From NCBI GenBank assembly GCA_050273025.1, contig CP158635.1:21080001-21144000 (forward strand): a stretch of DNA of 64,000 nt. Reading direction: 5' to 3'. Made by a program: the position numbers and the translations under genes. The notes below the pieces were generated by a model. The model searched no databases. It was not told the origin of the DNA and worked only from the letters and a program-made list of their open reading frames with translations. The first letter of the stretch is position 1. Every line of letters starts with the position of its first letter. The DNA comes from Cenococcum geophilum (Eukaryota). Positions 12,914 through 25,488 of the stretch are shown one piece after another.

Positions 12914-13180
12914 TGTAGTGGTGTGATTTGGCCCCTGGATTTAATATTTAGATTAGGCATAGCTTCGGGAGAGCCTAGGCCTTCTATAAGTTATATAGAT
13001 CGGTCTAGAGCCTTTAGAGTCTTCAACAACTTAGATAGGCATGACGGACACACAATACACTCTTTTCTTCTCTTCTTACTGACTACTTTCCTACTGATTT
13101 CCACTGACTGATTGCGACCGACCGACCGACCTAACAGCACTGTGACTTCCTATCTGAGAGGGACCGCGTACACTACTACA
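12914..13180 (+). repeat. 3' LTR of element R (267 bp), only lightly RIPped
   Basis: TGTAGTGGTGTG...TACACTACTACA terminal inverted repeat after the PPT; contains (gacc)n. Confidence 0.85.
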
Positions 13181-14398
13181 GTATAAGGCGTAAAGCACGC
13201 AATAATATAGTTAAAGTTAGAAATTATAGAATAGTAAACTAAAGCTAATAGACCTAAGCAGTACTAAAGAATTTAGAAGATAAAATAAGAAACTATAGAA
13301 ACCTAAAGGTTAAGGATTAAGTAATTATAAAACTAAGAAGTAGAGGCTAAACTAGGGATCTTAGTAGTAGAAGACGTTTAGGCGGACTCTATAATAAGAA
13401 AAATAGCTTAAAGAAGGAGTTTATATAAACTATAGAAAATAGGGTTATTTTGCTAAAGACTATAGGGGTAGTTATAGAAGCTATATAGTAAAGGGAATAA
13501 GATTAGCAGACGATATATATATATATAGAGGGATAATAATATACTGCAAGAAACAAAAGAATGTTTAATTAATAGTTTTGCATTTTGCTATAATAACGCA
13601 TACTAAGTTTATAAGGACGCTAAGTACGGCGCAAGCCATCAGCTATAAGAGCCTAAGTTAAAAGGACACTAGGGTATAAGAGAGTTAAATAAAGAATAAG
13701 ATTAACTCTATAAACTAAATTAAAATAAAGACAGTATATACAGCCAGTAGTTAGCGGAGAAAGTTCTTATATACTAGTTTTACTAAGCAATAAAATTTAA
13801 GAATTAAGATAATTAGACTATTAGTAGTAATTATAAGAAGAAATAGGCAACTAATTAGGAGTATATAAAGCTCGGATACGCAATAAAGGTAGAGGATAAT
13901 TCTACTATAAAATAAGGAATATTAGTAAGGATTAAGATACCACTAAATATAATATCTATTGCTTTATAAGACGTAAGAGAAATAGGGCGACAAACTATTT
14001 CGGCACTTAATAAAGGCAAAAGGCCACAGACTTAAGATTCCTAAGACGGGATAAGATAAGCTTAAGAACCTATAACAGATAAAAACTAATAGAGTAGAGC
14101 AGTAGCTTAGTTTAAAAATATATAAATAAGTACGGGACAGAGATTCCTATAGGCGTAAGATTCTTAAAGTAAGACGAGCAAGATTTAAGACTCTTAAGAT
14201 AAGATAAAAAATACTACTAAAACCTAATTAGACTAAGGTAGGAGCGTAGCTTAGAAAAGAAGTGAGTTTAAAATTAAGAAAGTTAATACCTTAGTTAAAA
14301 AGCATAAAGACTTTAACCTATTAGTAAGAAATAGCTAAATAAAAGCAATAAAGAATTTAAAAAAAGGATCTTTATATAGTAAAAGAAATGCTAAAAGT

Positions 14399-14814
14399 TG
14401 TTACAGACGCTTTAAGTACGATGTTACGACTACTAGGAAGAGAGTTGGAAGAAGCTAGTTGGTTAATATAAGTATAGTCTAAGATAGAGCTAATAGAATA
14501 TAATAAGGAATAGTAGCTAAGGTTATATAACATTATACGCAGTATATGTAGTGTATAAGGGAAACGTACATATAATATATATAATACGTATATTATATAT
14601 AAAGAGGATTTCTTAGGAGTACGGTTGTGTATTTAAAGGACTATAGTCCCTACTTAGATAGTTCTTTTCTTTGTAGTAAATCTTAGAATATAATTGGAGT
14701 TAATCTGTTTAGTAACTACTCCACTAGTTATATTTACGTTATTAACTATTTTATACCTATATACCTAGCCTATTAATAAGTCTACCGTAGTATTTCCTAT
14801 AAGGATTTATTACA
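14399..14814 (+). repeat. 5' LTR of element A
   Basis: TGTTACAGACG...TTATTACA; homologous to the LTRs at 18402, 34014, 43928, 48003, 55415 and 59150. Confidence 0.92.
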
Positions 14815-17800
14815 CATTTACTGTTAAGGTTATAGTAAAAGAAGTCAAATAATATGCCACTAAAAGCAGTAGCCATAATGCCGTTAACGGTAGCAACTAC
14901 ATTAGGATTAGGTAACGACACTAGTATAGCAGACACTAACTCTTAGCTAGTTACCGTTAGACAGCTATAGGAAATAGTTAATTAATTAATAGATAATAAT
15001 AGGATATTTAAAGAAAGGATTAACGGGATCGGAGTAGCTAAGGTTAAGTTACCCTTAATTAAGCGATTCTTAGGGGAGAAGTTAAAGCTTAAGGGATTCC
15101 TTATATAAATGCACTTTAAGATTATATAGGAAGGAGTTAAACTAGGAACGCCTATAGATCAAATTACTTACGCAGGACTATTCTTAACAGGAAGAGTACT
15201 TAAGTGGTTTAAACCTTACCTTATAAAGGTACAGGAGCACGGCATAATAACTACTAACTAGGAGGTATAGTATATGTTCTTAAGTTAGAGCGGGTTTACA
15301 GGACGGTTAATATAGATATTTAGAGACCTAAAGGTAACTACTATAGCAGAAAGAAAGCTTTAAAACCTAGTATAAAGGACTTTAGCAATTAAATACATAA
15401 TATAGTTTTAAATATTAGTAATATAGGTTAAATAGAATAATAAGGCGCTTATAGTATAGTATAAATAAGGACTTAAGGCAAAAGTTTAAGATATAATTAT
15501 CCTAATAGAAGATACGGATACTCTTAGGGAATTAATTAATTAAGTAATTAAGATTAATAACAGGATCTACTAAAGAGAGTAGACTAAGAAGGGTTAAAAT
15601 AAAGTTTTATAGTTATATAAGGCGCAGGGCATATAATAATAAAGTTAAAGTTAGAAACTATGGTATGGTATAGAGCTAATAGACCTAAATAGTACTAAAG
15701 AAAATAAGAAATAGAATAAACGACTATAGAAACCTAGAGGATAAGGATTAAGTAATTAAAGGTCTAAGGAGTAAAGGCTAAACTAGGGATCTTAGCAGCA
15801 GAAGACGTTTAGGCGGACTTTATAGTAAGAAAAATGGTTTAAAGAAGGAGCTTATATAAATTGCGGAAAATAGGGTTATTATGTTAAAGACTATAGAAGT
15901 AGGCAGAGTTACTATATAGTAAAAGGAATAAGACTAGTGGAAGATATATACGTATAAAGGGATAATAGTATACTATAAGGAATAAAAAAATATTTAATTA
16001 AAAGTTTTGCATTTTGTTATAATAACGCATACTAAATTTATAAAGACGCTAAGTACGGCGCGAGCTATTAGCCATAGGAGCTAAAATAATTAGAGTTTAG
16101 AGGAACTAACGAACTATCTTATAAATTAGATATTAAAGATAATAAATTTAATATAGGTAAAGTATTTAGTAATAATAAGGTAATAAGAGTAGCTTACTAG
16201 GAGTATATAGACCTTAAAGATATTATAAAAGAGATAGAGGATAATTCCACTATAGAATAGGGAATATTAGTAGGGATTAAGACCCTACTAAATATAATAT
16301 CTATTGCTTTACAAGACGCAAGAGAAGTAGGATAGTAAACTACTTCGGTATTTAATAAAGGCAAAAGGCTAAAGGCTTAAGATTCTTAAAATAAGATAAG
16401 GTAAGCTTAAGGACCTATAATAGACGATAATCGATAAAGCAGAGTAATGGCTTAGTTAAGTAATATATAAATAAGCTTAGGACAAAGTTTCCTAAAAATA
16501 TAAGATTCTTAAGATAAGATAAGTAAGATTTAAGACTTTTAAGACGAGATAAGAATACTATAAAAGCCTAGTTAGACTAAGGCTAGAGCTAAGCTTAAGA
16601 TAAAAGTAAGCTTAGGACTAAAAATCCTATAGAACTAAGATTTTAATATATAAATAAGAACTATTAAGAAATATAACACTAAGATTAAGAAGTAAGAAGA
16701 CTTTAAGGATCTACTCGCAATGTAAGGGCGCGAAGAGGCTTTGGGAAAGATTTGAAGGAATAATATAAATTCTATCTAAATCTAAGGGTATATAGCTCTT
16801 GCTAGGAACAAGACGTTGTATAAAGAAGAGAAAGGAATAACAAGAGAATCTTGCAATTAAATAGTTTAGGGGTCTTGGTCAATGCGTGCGTATATACGCA
16901 CGCGGACGGACTTTAGTAGTATTTAATTAATCTAGCAGAACTTGGCAGAAGTTAATTAAGCTAGTAGAATTTAGCAGAATTTGGTTAAAGCGTTAAGTTC
17001 TATCTATTAAGTGTTTTACTAAGATATTCCTACTATAACTAGGCTAGTCCCGTTATAGTATCCCCCCTTTAGCCAAAGGTCTAAAATAATATAATTTTAT
17101 TATGTTGTATTTTACATTAGGTAGTAGTATAGAGTTTTGCTAATTCTAATTGTTAAACGGACTAATTAGGATTTTCTATCCTTAGAATAGAAAATCGCTA
17201 TTAGTTTGGTAAAGGCGGTAAGCCGAATTAATATCTTTATAGTAGGTCTTAGTAAGGCAAATCTAACTAATTAGATAACTTTAACTGCCGGTTAAAGTTC
17301 CTTAATATTTTACGCGTTATATAACTATATTATAAGTGTAGTATTCTTTAAGTTCTTTTTAATTTTAAGTTTCCTACTATTATGTTTTATATATTTGTGT
17401 TAGGTAGTAGTTATTTACCTTTATATCGTGTCTATCTAGCTAGAGTAGGCCGTAAAGGATAGTCCTTATAGAATTCTTTTATTAGGGAAGGCGTATTAGT
17501 CTTAACTTACTTATAGAGCTCTTAGGTTTATATTTTATATTCTTCCTACTTAATAAAAAGTTTAAATTATTTAGATTATGTTTTTTATTATATATTATTA
17601 ATTAAGTTAATAAAGTAAGAACTATTACCATTGTTAATAATTACGGAAGGTAGTAGCGGCACTTTGCGAGTTATAGGTTTACCCTTTAAAGGTTACAGCA
17701 AGCTTACATAAAACGTTAGGTATATTTTTATTTTAGTTAGTAGTTTAAGCTTATAAGTATACGGGCTTAACTTCTTTTTAATTTAGTATAGGCCCGTAAA

Positions 17801-18401
17801 CTTCTAGTTAAGTTTCTTTAAGGGCCGTTAAGTCTTTAGGTTTTATATATTTAGGTAAACTATATTATCTTCCTTAAAGTCCTATACGGGAGCTCGTCCC
17901 TTATTCGCGTGCTATTTTTATACCATTTAGGCGTACGCTAATTTACTTTATAATAGTTCCGTTAACTGCTTTATTTAATTAGCAAAGTTATATACGTTAA
18001 TTAACTAAATTCGTTTAATTATAGGTCCTATTATGTTAATTTTGGGTTATAGTTTAAATTTAAGTTAGGGATTTTATCTGTAGGTCGCATAGAACAGCGT
18101 TACGCCTATTAATTCATTTATTGTATTATTCGCAGTAAACTTAGCTAAGGGCAGTTACTTTTCCCAGTCGTCTTGTAGGTAGAAGCAGTATATTCGCAGG
18201 TATTATTCTATAATTACGTTTATAATTTTAGTTTAGCCATCTATCTCTAGATAAAATGTAGTTAAGAGTTATATTTAAATATCTAATTATTTATATAGGG
18301 CTTACTAGAAGTCTAAAATAAACTGGCTTCCACGGTCGGATATTATTAAATTAGGAAGTCTATATAGCTTAAAAACGTACTTAATAAAACATTTGGCTAC
18401 T

Positions 18402-21400
18402 TGTTACGGACGCTTTAAGTATAATATTACGACTACTTAGAGAGGAGTTGGAAGAAGCTAGTTAGTTAATAAGAGCACGGTTTAGGATGGAGCCGGTAGA
18501 ACTATGTGATAAAGAATGGTAAGTAGGTTACATAATGTGCTACGTATTAAACGAGAGGAATGAGAGGAACTTACGTACCTTATATATAACACGTATATTA
18601 TATATAAGAAGGATTTTATAGGAGTATAGTTGTGTATTTAAGGACCCACGGTCCCTACCTAGATAGTTCCTTCCTTATAGTAATTCTTAAAATATAATTA
18701 GAGTTAATCTATTAGGCAACCACTCCACCAGTTATTATTACGTTTTTAACTTTATTTACATTACCTATACACCTAGCCTATTAATAAGCCCATCGTAGTA
18801 CTTACTACAAGGTTCCGTTATATAATTACTACCTAGTTACGGTATTAATAGAAAGTCAAACAATATGCTACTAAAAGTAGCCACTATAACGCCATTAACG
18901 GCGGCAACTACTTTAAGGTCAGGAGGTGACACCAGTATAATAGATACTAATTTACAGTAACCTATAACGGTTGGACAACTATAAGAGATAGTTAACCAGT
19001 TAATAGAGAATAATGCGATGCTTAAACAAAGGGTTAATGGGATAAAGGTAGTAAAGATTAAGTTACCTTTAATTAAGAGATTCTTAGGGGAGAGATTAAA
19101 GCTTAAAGGATTTCTTATATAAATGCACTTTAAGGTTACGTAAGAAGGAATAAAATTGCTAATACCTATGGATTAAATAGCTTATGTAGGACTATTCCTA
19201 TTAGGAAGAGCACTTAAATAGTTTAAGCCTTACCTTATAGAAATATAGGTAAATGGAATAACGACTACCAACTAAGAGGTGCGATTTATGTTCTTAAGTT
19301 GGGAAGGATTTGTAGAGCGACTTATATAAATATTTAGAGATCCGGAGGCAGTAACTATAGTAAAAAGAAAACTCTAAGATATTACGCAACGAACCTTAGC
19401 AATTAAGTATATAATATAGTTCTAAACGCTAGCTATATAAGTTAAGTGAAATAATAAGGCGCTTATGGTATAGTATAAATAGGGACTTAAGGCTAAAGTC
19501 TAGGACGTAATTATTCTAATAGAAGATGCGGATACCCTAAGGGAGCTAATAGATTAAGCGATAAAGATTAATAATAGGACCTACTAAAGGGAATAGGCTA
19601 AGAGAAGTTAGGACAGAGTTCTATAGTCGTATAAGGCGTAGAGTACGTAACAACTAAAGCTAAATTAGAAACTATAGTATAGCATAGAGCTAATAAACCT
19701 AAGCGGTACTAAAGAAACCTATAAGAGATAAAGTAAGAAACTATAAAAACCTAGAGGTTAAGGATCTAGTAATTATAGGACTAAGGAGTATAAGTTAAAC
19801 TAGGGATCTTAACAGCAGAAGATGTTTAGGCGGACTCTATAGCAAAGTTAGTGGTTTAGAGATAGAGCTTATATAAATTACGGGAAATAAGGTCATTTTA
19901 TAAGGGATTATAAAGATGGTTAAAGTTACTATATAATAAAGGGAACTAGACTAATAGTAGAAGACATATACGTATAGAGGGATAATAGTATACTGTAAGG
20001 AACAAAAGAATGTTTAATTAGAAGTTTTGCGTTTTATTATAATAATATATACTAAATTTATAAAGATGTTAAGTATGGCGTAAGCTATTGGCTATAAGAG
20101 CTAAAATCTATAAAGTATAGAGGAACTAACAAACTATTACGCAGAACGGATATTAAGGACAATAAATTCGATATAGGCGAAACGTTTAGTAATAATAAGG
20201 TAATAAAGGCAGCTTACTAGGAGCGTGCAAACCTTAGAGAAGTTATATTAGAAGTAGAGACTAAGACCGCTATAGAGTAAGGTTTAGTAACGGGCATTAT
20301 AATACTATTAAATACGGCATCCATCGCTTCGTGAGACGGAAGGAGTAATATTTAAGAAAGATTAAGTAAGTAAATGACTGCTAGTGCTTGTGACGGCTCG
20401 AACCATCGAACAAATGTCTCAACAGAGACTTGAACGAATGCTTGCAAGATCAAGCGAACGAATGCTGTATTACGAAGATATTAAGCTAAGGAGCAAGAGA
20501 AGGTGGTGAGGCCACGTCTATATACACATGCCAAGTCTTAAGCGAACCCCTGACTAGGTGACGCGCTCCAGCGCCGTCACAGCTAGTGCTAGCTTACTAC
20601 TTAATAAAGGCAAAAGGCTAAAGGCTTAAGATTTTTAAGACGAGATAAGAGAGATCTAAGATTCTAAAGATAGGATAAGGATAGCTTAAGGACCTATAAT
20701 AGACGAAAACCGATAGAGCAGAGTAGTAGCTTAGTTTAAAGACATATAAATAAGCTTGGGAGAAGAATTCCTAACGGTATAAGATTCTTAAGACGAGATA
20801 AGTAAGATTTAAGATTTTTAAGACGAGATAAGAATACTACGGACGCCTAATTAGACTAAGGTGGGAGCTAAGCTTAAGTTAGCAAGCTTAGGATTAAAGA
20901 ATCTAAGGGACTAAGAATTTAGAGTATAAATAAGGACACCTATAGGTAAGAGGTAAGGAGCTTCTTTATAGATTAGAGAATCTGTAATATAAATAATAGC
21001 TAGACTAGGAGACAGATATATAGACCTAGAAGACTTACTAGGGGAACGCAGTGTTCGGCCTAAAGATTAAAAAATTAATACTACAATTAAGAAGCACGAA
21101 GACTTTAAGAAGCACGAAGACTTTAAGGATCTACTTATAAGACGTAAAAGGAAAGAAACTATAGCAGAATTTAGAGCGAGAATTGCTGTATAGTAAGAAT
21201 AGAAACTAGATAAGAGATTTAGCATATTAGGATATATAAGGGATAGAGCACTAGTATAAAGAATTATTAATAGACTTAAGATAGATATACTAAGAGCTAA
21301 GTAGCTTACCGAACTGGAAGAAGAAGAGGATCTAGGGATCCCTACTAGGTTTAAGGAACGACATATAAAGGGCTGTTACGATATAGTAATAAAGAGATAC

Positions 21401-22443
21401 TTTCTTACGAATACGCCGTATATACTTAAAGGGTTATACTAAAAGTGGTATAAACAACGATATAATAATAAGTAGGAAGATTTCTATATATAGTTAGACG
21501 AGAAAGTTATTTAAGACTACCCGATTATAGAGAAGGCTATAACTTATATTAAAGGAGCCTTAATTATAATGTTAAAGGATCTAGAGGAGCAATTAGAGGA
21601 CTAGAGAAATAAAAGACGAATCTTAGTACCTGTAAACAAAGTTATAATGCTTAGATTAATATAAGAAAGGTTTAAACTTAAGGATAAAGACGAGCTAAGA
21701 GTTAACCTAAGATACTAGGTATATTATATACTATTATAGATAGCATATATAGATAATGCGTGCAATATATATAGAGCACTAAAAGATAAAAATTGGAAGT
21801 ATTTAATAAGAATATATTAGATAACGGATAAGGCGAAATATAGAAACGCTAAGTATATATATAGTTAGCACCTAGTAGAAGTTTAAGAATAAGAGGACTT
21901 AATACTTTAACTAGGAAGATTCTTTATAGAAGAATACCTAAACGGACGATAGTGGTGGGAATATTCTAAGAATATATGTCTATAGTATATTAAAGATAAA
22001 AAGCGAACTAAGTATTGGCCTAAGTTGGACTAAGTATAAATAGGATTAAGCAGCTAATAGTTAGGAAAAGTAGAGGCCTATAGGACTAGAGGGAACTAGT
22101 AGTAAAGCCTTAGACCCTTAAAGGAATTTAAGAATAACACCTAAATTTACGAATTAAGTGGCAAGATTAACAGTTTAAGGTATTAATAGATAGTGGAGTA
22201 ATAAGGAACTATATCTTGCTAGTAGCCGTTAAAAGAATAGGGTTACCATATAGAAAAAAGGAGTGTTTTTACCTATTAGTGATAATTTTAGGAGATCTGA
22301 TAGCCTATAGAGGAGGTATTATTAATCTTAAAACAGGACCTATTTAGTTAACTATTAAAGGGAGATAAATTAAGATGTCTTTTAATATATTACTATTAGG
22401 GAATAATAAGGCAGTACTATGAATGCCTTAGTTATAAGAATAT
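18402..22443 (+). mobile_element. Truncated Gypsy 'element D' (7.8-kb family: 5' LTR, gag, protease)
   Basis: LTR 18402-18822; gag start atg ~18865; CCHC knuckle ~19870-19912; protease IDSG ~22187. Sequence switches abruptly to element C leader at ~22444. Confidence 0.88.
20389..20581. mobile_element. 193-bp solo-LTR-like insertion, essentially RIP-free
   Basis: TGTGACGGC...GCCGTCACA 9-bp terminal inverted repeat; flanked by GCTAGTGCT on both sides (20380-20388, 20582-20590); absent from the other gag copies. Confidence 0.85.
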
Positions 22444-25400
22444 TGCATTATAGTTAACTGTTCCCTAACTAGGGTTATAATGCTCATAGTTAACGCGTAG
22501 GATTTAAGGTTATTTACTATTTTAATAGTAGTTATTTTTAACGTAACGTAATATAAGGGCGCGAAGAGGCTTTAGGAAAGATTTAAAGGAATAATATAAA
22601 TTCTATCTAAATCTAAGGGTATATAGCTCTTGTTAGGAACAAGACGTTGCGTAAAGAAGAGAAAGGAATAATAAGAGAATCTTGCAATTAAATAGTTTAG
22701 GGGTCTTAGTTAATGCGTACGCACGTGCGCACATAGACGGACTTTAGTAGTATTTAATTGATCTAGCAGAACTTGGCAGAAGTTGATTAAGCTGACAGAA
22801 TTCGGCAGAATTCGGTCAAAGCGTTAAGTTCTATCTGTTAAGTGTTTTACCGAGACATTCTTACTGTAACTAGGCTAGTCCTATTATACGTAAGGCGAAA
22901 ACCAAAAGAAACTATAACGGAATTTAGGTAAAGAATTATTATATAGTAGGAACAGAAACTAGATTAAAGAATTAGTATACTAGGTTATATAAGGGACAGA
23001 GCACCTATATAAAGAATTACTAATAGGCCTAGAGCGGGCACGCTAAGAGTAAAGTGGCTTATTAAACTAGAAAGTGAAGAGAATCTAAAGATCCCTACTA
23101 GATTTAAAGAACAACACATAAAGGGCTGTTACGACGTAGTAATAAGAAAATACTTCCTTATGGATAAGCCGTATACACTCTAGCAGCTATACTAAAGGTA
23201 GTATAGGCAGCGACATAATAATAAGTGGAAAGACTTCTATATATAGTTAGATAAACAAGTTATTTAGAACCACCCTATTATGGAAAAGGCAATAAGTTAT
23301 ATTAAAGGAGCTTTAATTATAACGTTAAAGGATCTAGAGGAATAATTAGAGGACTAGAGAAGTGAAAGATATATCTTAATACCTGTAAATAAAGTCGTAA
23401 TATTTAGATTAGTATAATAAAGGTTTAAACTTAAAGACGAAGACGAGTTAAGAGTTAACTAAAAGCACTTAGTATACTATACGCTATTATAGATTGCATG
23501 CGTAGACGATATATACAAAATATATAAGAATCCGAAAGAAAAGAATTAGAAGTACCTAGTAAGGATATATTAGGCGCTAGAGAAGCAATAGTATAGGAAT
23601 ACTAAATATATATATAGATATTATCTAGCAGAAGTTTAGAAGTTAGGCGACTTAATACTTTAACTAAAAAGATTCCTTACGGAAGAATACTTAGACGGAT
23701 AATAGTGGTAGGAATATTTAAAGAATACGTATCTATAGTATATAGAGGATAAAAAGCGAACTAGGTATTAGCTAAAGGATAAACTAAGTATAGCGGGATT
23801 AAGTAGCTAATAGTTAGGAAAAGTAGAGGCCTATAAAATTAGAGGGAGCCAGTAGTAGAGCCTTAGACCCTTAAAGGAATTTAAGGATAATACCTAAATT
23901 TATAAGTTAAGTGGTAAAATTAGTAGTTTAAAGCACTAATAAATAGTGGAGTAATATAGAACTATATCTTACTAGTAGTAGTTAAAAGGATAGAATTACC
24001 TTATAAATAGAAGAAACAACCTTACCTATTAGTTATAATTTTAGGGGATCTAATAACCTATAGAGGAGGGATTATTAATCTTAAAATAGGACTTATTTAG
24101 ATAACTATTAAAGGGAGACAAATTAAGATATCTTTTAATATCCTACTATTAGGACGGGATAAGGCAGTATTAGGAATACCTTAGTTATAGGAATATAATC
24201 TAAAGATTAATTGGATTATAGGTTAGGTTAATATTGGAAATACTTAATAACATAAGATGTAATAGTAAACTAAGTTAGTATAGTATTAAGTTAGAGCAAT
24301 ATATAAAGAAACCGAGAAAGGGTTATTTTATATACTAAAGAGATACTATAAGTATAGTAAGAAACTATAGAGCCTAGAAAGTAAAAAGCTAGTAAATTAT
24401 GCAGTATAGGACTATAAGATAGAGTTAAAACTAGGAATAAGTCTAAGGTTCTTTTTAACCTATAAGCTTACTTAAGAAGAGGTAAGAGCACTTAAAGAGT
24501 TTATCTAAGAAAACTTATAAAAGGGATATATTAGATTATCGCAGTTATTAATAAAATATCCAGTACTATTCGTACTAAAGAAGAACGGAAAACTTAGGCT
24601 ATATATTAACTATAGATAGTTAAATAGTATTACTTAAAAGGATAGGTATTCTTTACCCTTAATTAGCGAAATTTAGGATTAAATAGGTAATATGTAAATC
24701 TTTACGAAGATAGATCTAAGATAGGCGTACTATTAGATTAAAATTAAGGAAGGCGATAAATAAAAGGTAGCTTTTAGGTTAAAGGAAGGACTATATAAAC
24801 TATTAGTTATATAATTTAGGTTAATAAATATACTAGCAATATTTTAAAAATAAATTAATAGTATATTAGGAGAACACCCTAATAAGTTTATTATAGTATA
24901 CCTTAACGACATTATTATTTACTTAATAACTAAGGAAGAATATAGAGAATATATTAAATAGGTCTTAAAGAGACTATAAGAAGAATAGATACTAGTAGTA
25001 ATTAAGAAATACAAGTTCTTTATAAGGAAGACCGATTTTATTACATATATTATTAAACTAGGTTATATTAATATAGACCTAAAGAAGATTAAAGCTATAG
25101 TAAGTTAGTAAGAACTAGAGAACGTAATATAGTTAAGGTTATTTTTAGGGTTTTATAACTACTATAGAAGGTTTATAGCGCAGTAGTTAAAGAATATTAA
25201 ACTATTTACTAGGCTTATAAAGAAAGAGAAACTATAGGTATAAGGAGACGAATAAAAAAAGTTATTTAAAGAACTTAAGGAATTGTTTACCTAGGAGCTA
25301 ATCCTTAAAATTTACTAATTAGGGTTAGATATAGTTGTGAAAATAAATATATTAGACTTTATACTAAAAGTATATTTACTATAAAAGTATAGGAACGCAT

Positions 25401-25488
25401 AGTATCCAGTAGTATACTATAGTAGAAAGATAATACTACTAGAGTTAAACTATAACATCTATAATAAGGAGTTATTAGATATAGTTAT

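Larger units (their letters stand above)
5744..13180 (+). mobile_element. Large Gypsy LTR retrotransposon 'element R' (3' part: pol, accessory ORF, 3' LTR); its 5' part lies upstream of element 1, outside the window
   Basis: Continuous pol remnant, then ~3.3 kb of extra sequence, then PPT ggtaggggagg (12901-12911) and an LTR at 12914-13180. Gag of element B resumes at 13181. Confidence 0.85.
16721..22888 (-). mobile_element. Gypsy/chromovirus 'element C', internally deleted, containing element D
   Basis: 337-bp LTRs at 16721-17057 and 22552-22888; TSD CGCAA (16716-16720) / CGTAA (22889-22893, one RIP change); PPT complement tccccccttt ~17060-17070. Minus-strand integrase (LSTAFHPETDGQTE ~18230-18268) and chromodomain remnant span ~17350-18401. 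Confidence 0.92.

Noticed and set aside
12923..13111. 62-aa ORF with hydrophobic tail (possible effector or membrane peptide)
   Set aside because: It lies wholly within an LTR and has a non-ATG start; the hydrophobicity comes from a pyrimidine tract.
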